Shown here piece after piece: positions 37,913 to 43,189 of a DNA stretch of 43,189 nt; positions within the stretch are counted from its first letter, which is position 1; the number at the start of each line of letters is the position of its first letter. Location of the stretch: NCBI GenBank assembly GCA_030141605.1, contig JAQGDQ010000677.1, forward strand, positions 1 through 43,189. Reading direction: 5' to 3'. The DNA comes from Tubiluchus corallicola (taxonomy: Eukaryota > Animalia > Priapulida). The position numbers were made by a program, and so were the translations under genes. The notes beneath the pieces are model-generated. The model was not told the origin of the DNA and did no database searches. It was given only the letters and a program-made list of their open reading frames with translations.

Positions 37913-40900
37913 TCATAGGCGTGAAAGAGAATCTGCTACAATATTATCTTTTCCAGCAATATTCTCTACAGTAAAGTGGAATTCTTGCAAAATAAGCGCC
38001 CATGTACAAAGGCGGCGATTATTTCTCTTCATGCGTGGGAGTGCTAGCAAACTACGTTGGTCAGTTCGTACTATGAACTCATGACCTTCTAAGTAGTAAC
38101 GTAACTTAGATACAGAATACACTACTGCCAACAACTCAATTTCCACAACACTATAATTTCGTTCACACGTAGTCAACTTTCTGCTCACATGTGTAATTGG
38201 CACCTCACCTAACTCACTCTTTACTTGTGTCAGCACTCCACCAATACCACTAAATGAAGCATCAGTTGTTAGAACAAATTTCTGCGAAAAATCAGGTGAG
38301 TGAAGCACCGTGTCTGAGTTCAGTGCAGTGCGCAGTTCTATAAAGCTGCGTTCACACTCTTCATTCCAGTCAACGTGTACAGGTGCATTTTTCTCAAGCA
38401 GTGCATACAAGGGTACCGCAATAGGACTAAACATCGTTTCGACATGTCCTACAACTGGCGTAGGATTTGTTAGAGTAATACGATGTTGGACTAATTCAGT
38501 GCACCCGGGAAGATTAGTGAACATCTCTGAAAATTCTGCAAGTACTGCTGCCAACTGACTAATCTGTTCATCATTGAGATGAGAGTCATATGCTACATCA
38601 TTGAGGGACTGCGTGGGTGAGGCAGAAGGCGGGAATGCATATTCAGGAAGTTTCAATGAACACTCATTTTCCTCCTGCTCATCCACCTTCACATCACCAT
38701 TACCAACTTCAGACAAAACACTGTCTAGTGACGTTGTACTAAATTCCTCACACTTTGCAAACAAAACCATGTGCTCGTCGCGTTCAACAAATGGATTCAA
38801 CATGTTGATATGATATGTTCTTGTATCACGTTTGCGTGCACTTTTGCCTTCTAAATGTATTTTATATGTCCAATCAGACAATTTATCAACAACTGTAAAG
38901 GGGCCACGATAGCGCTTTTGCATTTTGCTTTTTCCTTCAGGCATTAAAACAAGAACTTTTTGCCCTATTTCAAGCGAGCGTTCTGAAGTGGTTTTATCAT
39001 ACCAATTTTTCTGTGATATTTTAGCTTTTTGCAAAGCTTCATGGGCATCAGTAGTTGCCTCTTCTACAGTGTTAATTATGCGAGTCACGTAATCATCAAT
39101 TTCCTCCCACTTAGGAGCTTCTACAGAGCCCCAACATTCTTTTAGGGCAGCCAAAGGCCCACGCACGGGAAAGCCATAAACTAACTGAAATGGGGCATAC
39201 CCAGTAGATTCTTGGGGTACTTCCCGGAAAGCAAATAAAATAAACGGAATAGTTTCATCCCAGGGTAAATGTTTCTCATTTTGCATGACTTTTAAAATGC
39301 AGGATTTCAATGAGCCATTAAATCTCTCAGTTAACCCATTCCCCTGTCGGTTATATGGGGAAGTGAAAATTCCCTTTACACCCAAGGCCTGTTCTAAATC
39401 ATGGATTAACTGTGATGTGAATTGAGTACCTCTGTCGGTTAAAATTTCACGCGGGATGCCATGTCGACATATGTATTGCAATAAAGCTTTAACAACAGTA
39501 GTGGTTTCAATATTTGGCAGCGGGTAGCAATCGGGGTACCTCGTAGCATGATCTATTATTACTAACGCGTACTTATTCCCCGAGGGTGTTCTCTTCATAG
39601 GCCCGATAATATCCATGGCTATAGTTCGAAATGCAATCGAAGGTATGGACAATGGCTTTAATTTTGCTTTATCAGAACGTTTAATTCTCGCCGTTTTCTG
39701 ACATGGGACACACGAGCGGCAATATTGTATCACTGAACGTTTAACTCTAGGCCAGATACATTCTTGTAAAACACGTTGGGTAGTTTTTCGTATGCCCAGG
39801 TGACCAGCCATGTGCGCATCATGTGCCAAAGATAAGACTGCCAAACGTCTAGACTTGGGTACAACCAAAAGTTCGCGGGGTTCAGCATCGCGCTTTTCAC
39901 GTGTCAGGTAATATAAAATCCCATCTTTAATGAAGTAACCCTTTCTTTGGGCACGAGCTACTGTTTCTGTGACTGCGTGATCACGTAAATTGCGCAAACT
40001 AACATCATCGCGCTGTTCTTGCTGCAATTGTTCTTTACTAAGCTGTAACAGCTGCTGTTGCTGTGCTTTAGTAGCTATGCCAGATGCAATATTTTTTTCC
40101 GCTTTTTGATCAGCGTTTAAACTACTTAGTAATTGTTTCTCGCTGTTAGCTTCTGCTTGTAGCTGCTTTGCTTTTGATCGGGTTATAGCAAAAGCTTTTT
40201 TTGAATTACCAGTTCGTTTCGCGACATTGGTATTTCCGCTCACAAGTTCATCAAAATAATGTGACGTATCTGAATTTTCAGGTGTGATACATTCTAAAAC
40301 AACTGACTTAGGTGGTGTACTAAAACTCTGTTTAATGTTAAATGGTGTCACAGCAGTTCGGTAATCATTACCTAGCAAAAAGGGCACAGGAAGACTATCA
40401 GACACTGCCACTCTCAATCTACCATTAACTAGCGTACATTCCACCTCAACGACAGCTGCACGTGTATTTTTAACATCGCCATGCACACACCAAATTTTGG
40501 TATAATTTTCACTTTGTAGAAACTGTTCTGGACGGACATAACGAGGTTGGATCAAACTCACGTTAGCACCAGAATCTCTTATACCATCGATCCAGATACC
40601 ATTAATTTTAGCTTTAAAGCTAAACTCATCAGACTCAGGCACACACTCAGGCATAGCCGCAGGTGAACTGGTAGAGTGACTGGATTGCTGACCAGTATTT
40701 CCTGTCTTGGCCAAGAATTGACGACTAGGATTTCTACTCTTGCCACTAGTTTCACCATAATTAGGGCGTTTCGGGCACTGGGTCCTTTTGTGTCCAAGTT
40801 CTCCACAAGCATAACAGCGTATCTTCTTCAGGACGTCATTATTCATCTTTTTTCCAAAACCATTTGAAAAAGCTGCCGGCCTAGAATTTCCACGCTGTTG

Positions 40901-42061
40901 TTGCATTTGTTTAAGTTTTGAAGCCGTACCTAATGCATTAGAAGCAATGTACAAATCAGCTTTCTCTGCCACCTTTTCCATTGTCTTCTGCCCTTGCTGC
41001 CTGACCCAAATGCTCATTTCACGGGGCATCAATGTAAGGGCCTGCTCAATACATAGCAGTTCACAAACGTTCTCAAAGGTGGACGCTTCTTCGGCTTTCA
41101 GCCATTCTTGCAGGGCACGATCAAGCCGTACAAAAAGCTGACGGAATGTTTCATCCGGTCTCCGAGTAATCTTGCGGAAACGCTCAAGATACATGTCATT
41201 GGAGAGGACATAGGCAGCTAACAAAGTCTTCCTTAAAACATTGTAATCTTGCATGCTGTCAAGTGGTACTTGTTGAAAAGCCTGGGCTGGTTTTCCGGAT
41301 AAAGCTGGGCCCAGCGATGCAGCAAAGTGTTTCTCTTCAAGGCCATTAGCTTTGGCTACTGCTTCAAACCACTGTAAGAAAGTATGCAGATCATCGGTTC
41401 CCTCTGTAAAAACACGTGATAACTTTACACGGGGTATTCGAGATGCGGTTGTAGTAAGTATGCCCTCAGATGATTGAGGAGGAACCTGTGTCACGTGACT
41501 TGGAGATGAGGCATCCAGCTCACGAAGCTTCAACTCAAACTGATACTGCTCTTTCTGCATTCGTTCTCTGCGTTCCTCACGCTCACGTTCCCATTCTCTC
41601 TCTTCACGTTGCATACGTTCATGCCTTTCTTCACGTTCCCGTTCCCGTTCCCATTCACGCTCTTTCTCGCGCTCTACTAACTTTAACTTTTCAATGTTGT
41701 AAAGGGATACTGAATGTTCTGTCATCTCATCATTCGCAGGTTTACTATTAATAGCAGAATGCAAGGTAAGGTCGGCAGGAGGGGGAGTTGCTAACAGTTG
41801 ATCAGACACACGTCTGCGCCCACTCATCTGCGCAACAGACACACTCGGTGTGCTTGACACACCTCCAACTTCTTTCGGTCTAACACTAGGTTCACCTGTC
41901 GTCACAGGGTTACCCTGTGCATTCATGATTATATCAATTATTCCGGCCTTATTTGTACCCTGTGGTAAAGTTAGCCTACGTTCAACAGTTATCTGCTTTA
42001 AGACAGGTACAGTTAGTTGCTGCAATTCACTCTCCACGTGAACGCGTGACATTCTAATCAC
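37913..42061 (-). CDS. Gag-Pol polyprotein (SCAN-like capsid, CCHC knuckle, protease, integrase, truncated RT, RNase H)
   Basis: CYACGELGHKRTQC; IRDSGA; HDAHMAGHLG..CVPCQK; MDIIGP / TDRGTQF / GLTERFN DDE; GPF motif; TDAS..IGGVL..EIELLAV..TDQRSL..ADSLSR. No YxDD. Confidence 0.93.
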   Translation of the reverse strand: MIRMSRVHVESELQQLTVPVLKQITVERRLTLPQGTNKAGIIDIIMNAQGNPVTTGEPSVRPKEVGGVSSTPSVSVAQMSGRRRVSDQLLATPPPADLTLHSAINSKPANDEMTEHSVSLYNIEKLKLVEREKEREWEREREREERHERMQREEREWEREREERRERMQKEQYQFELKLRELDASSPSHVTQVPPQSSEGILTTTASRIPRVKLSRVFTEGTDDLHTFLQWFEAVAKANGLEEKHFAASLGPALSGKPAQAFQQVPLDSMQDYNVLRKTLLAAYVLSNDMYLERFRKITRRPDETFRQLFVRLDRALQEWLKAEEASTFENVCELLCIEQALTLMPREMSIWVRQQGQKTMEKVAEKADLYIASNALGTASKLKQMQQQRGNSRPAAFSNGFGKKMNNDVLKKIRCYACGELGHKRTQCPKRPNYGETSGKSRNPSRQFLAKTGNTGQQSSHSTSSPAAMPECVPESDEFSFKAKINGIWIDGIRDSGANVSLIQPRYVRPEQFLQSENYTKIWCVHGDVKNTRAAVVEVECTLVNGRLRVAVSDSLPVPFLLGNDYRTAVTPFNIKQSFSTPPKSVVLECITPENSDTSHYFDELVSGNTNVAKRTGNSKKAFAITRSKAKQLQAEANSEKQLLSSLNADQKAEKNIASGIATKAQQQQLLQLSKEQLQQEQRDDVSLRNLRDHAVTETVARAQRKGYFIKDGILYYLTREKRDAEPRELLVVPKSRRLAVLSLAHDAHMAGHLGIRKTTQRVLQECIWPRVKRSVIQYCRSCVPCQKTARIKRSDKAKLKPLSIPSIAFRTIAMDIIGPMKRTPSGNKYALVIIDHATRYPDCYPLPNIETTTVVKALLQYICRHGIPREILTDRGTQFTSQLIHDLEQALGVKGIFTSPYNRQGNGLTERFNGSLKSCILKVMQNEKHLPWDETIPFILFAFREVPQESTGYAPFQLVYGFPVRGPLAALKECWGSVEAPKWEEIDDYVTRIINTVEEATTDAHEALQKAKISQKNWYDKTTSERSLEIGQKVLVLMPEGKSKMQKRYRGPFTVVDKLSDWTYKIHLEGKSARKRDTRTYHINMLNPFVERDEHMVLFAKCEEFSTTSLDSVLSEVGNGDVKVDEQEENECSLKLPEYAFPPSASPTQSLNDVAYDSHLNDEQISQLAAVLAEFSEMFTNLPGCTELVQHRITLTNPTPVVGHVETMFSPIAVPLYALLEKNAPVHVDWNEECERSFIELRTALNSDTVLHSPDFSQKFVLTTDASFSGIGGVLTQVKSELGEVPITHVSRKLTTCERNYSVVEIELLAVVYSVSKLRYYLEGHEFIVRTDQRSLLALPRMKRNNRRLCTWALILQEFHFTVENIAGKDNIVADSLSRL

Positions 42062-42590
42062 AGGATAATATGGGACAAATAGTAGTTACAGTGAAAAAAC
42101 TTTATGCTTGCAGAATATTTATAGATCTATCGTTCACCTGACACACACTGGCTCAACGCATACAGACATACAAAAATACTGTATAGTAGGGTAATGTACA
42201 TGCAAATCAAACAAAGTAGCAAACTAGGAATATACAAAACCTAGGCCAAGACTTTTGACTAGCCTGCAACGAAATAACGGTTTCACTAGCACTTGAAACG
42301 TTTACAGTGTAATCAAGGACAAATCAGCATTCAAGTCGGCATACACCTGGAATTATAGCGTTTACGAAATCTGCAGGAAACCTATTTAAATAATAGACAA
42401 AACACATTCAACTGAGTAATCAATAAAGTCACTCAACGGAAGATGCTATGTTCTTTCGATATGCCTTTGCCCAAAGATTCCCCCAGAAAATTAGCTATGT
42501 AACTAATTACCTGAAAGTAAATATCATTAAATTCTCAAAATGCTGACAAAGAATTTTATTCCTACCGAGTTACACCAAATAAAGTCAAAT

Positions 42591-42608
42591 ATCCCACTTC
42601 TGACACCA
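42591..42608 (-). promoter_or_regulatory. Primer-binding site complementary to the tRNA-Leu 3' end
   Basis: Minus TGGTGTCAGAAGTGGGAT, 3 nt inside the 5' LTR boundary; plus strand reads ATCCCACTTCTGACACCA, the tRNA-Leu(CAA-type) 3' end. Confidence 0.9.
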
Positions 42609-42611
42609 TAA

Positions 42612-43189
42612 TGTGACGATGTAGTCTAAGTTCCGTTATTGTAAATATGTGGTTCGTGACTTAAGTGTAACCCTTAGGTAAAGAATAAAACACTTAGTCG
42701 AAAACACTGTGAAGAAACCACTGAATTAATAAAATAATATAACAATTTAATGAATGTTTCAAAACACATTACGAGACAACTGTTAATAATAAAGACTAAG
42801 CCGGCTAAGAAGAGAAAGAACAACGTAACGTTTTCACCAGTCCTGTCTTGGCATCATCAAGCGACTATTCTCCTGCTCCTATTCCGCGTCATCTCCTCAC
42901 CAGGGGCTTGATCGAGGAATGGTGCACCATAGAACGGTTGACTACACTACCTCTTCATGGATCTGATTACGTGAACGACGTCTCCAAACTTTGACGACTC
43001 CTGATGTACACGCCTCCACTAATACGACGCCAAAATGGGGTAGCATCCAAGCTCCTGCACTCGTCGCAAGGTAAGGATTACCAATTTTGTAATCACAGCA
43101 TCCCGCACCAACGACAGTATCATCAACGTCAGGTAAATACGAGTAAGTATCATCAGCAGCAGATATCATCGACAACTGGTAAGTGATGT
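42612..43189 (-). repeat. 5' LTR (partial)
   Basis: Identical to 36315-36531 for 217 bp, then a divergent patch, then near-identical again. Confidence 0.9.

Larger units (their letters stand above)
36315..43189 (-). mobile_element. Gmr1-type Ty3/Gypsy LTR retrotransposon, non-autonomous (RT core deleted); 5' LTR runs off the window
   Basis: Direct-repeat LTRs at 36315-37315 and 42612->43189, tRNA-Leu PBS, single gag-pol ORF with PR-IN-(RT)-RH order. Confidence 0.93.

Overview
AT-rich, intron-containing animal (invertebrate-like) genomic DNA, not prokaryotic; most short ORFs in the track are repeat artefacts. Four host genes can be assembled by hand: (1) a 5-exon minus-strand gene (9351->3426, 269 aa) encoding signal peptide + PAN/Apple domain + non-canonical galectin domain; (2) a single-exon type II membrane GT2-like glycosyltransferase (17944-19086) interrupted by an in-frame stop; (3) a 2-exon class A GPCR (20940-23038, 347 aa); (4) the 5' part of a CUB-Ig-CUB gene (about 24458-34753, continuing beyond the window). 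These sit among many mobile elements: a Gmr1-type (PR-IN-RT-RH order) Gypsy LTR retrotransposon with an in-frame RT deletion, a tRNA-Leu PBS and LTRs that differ in a strand-biased C/T patch; a head-to-tail non-autonomous Helitron array; a decayed piggyBac; two RTE LINE fragments (one carrying the 3' half of a twister ribozyme); three hAT MITEs; a tRNA-derived SINE; and many mini- and microsatellites, two of which span a stop codon. All alignments and counts were done by eye.
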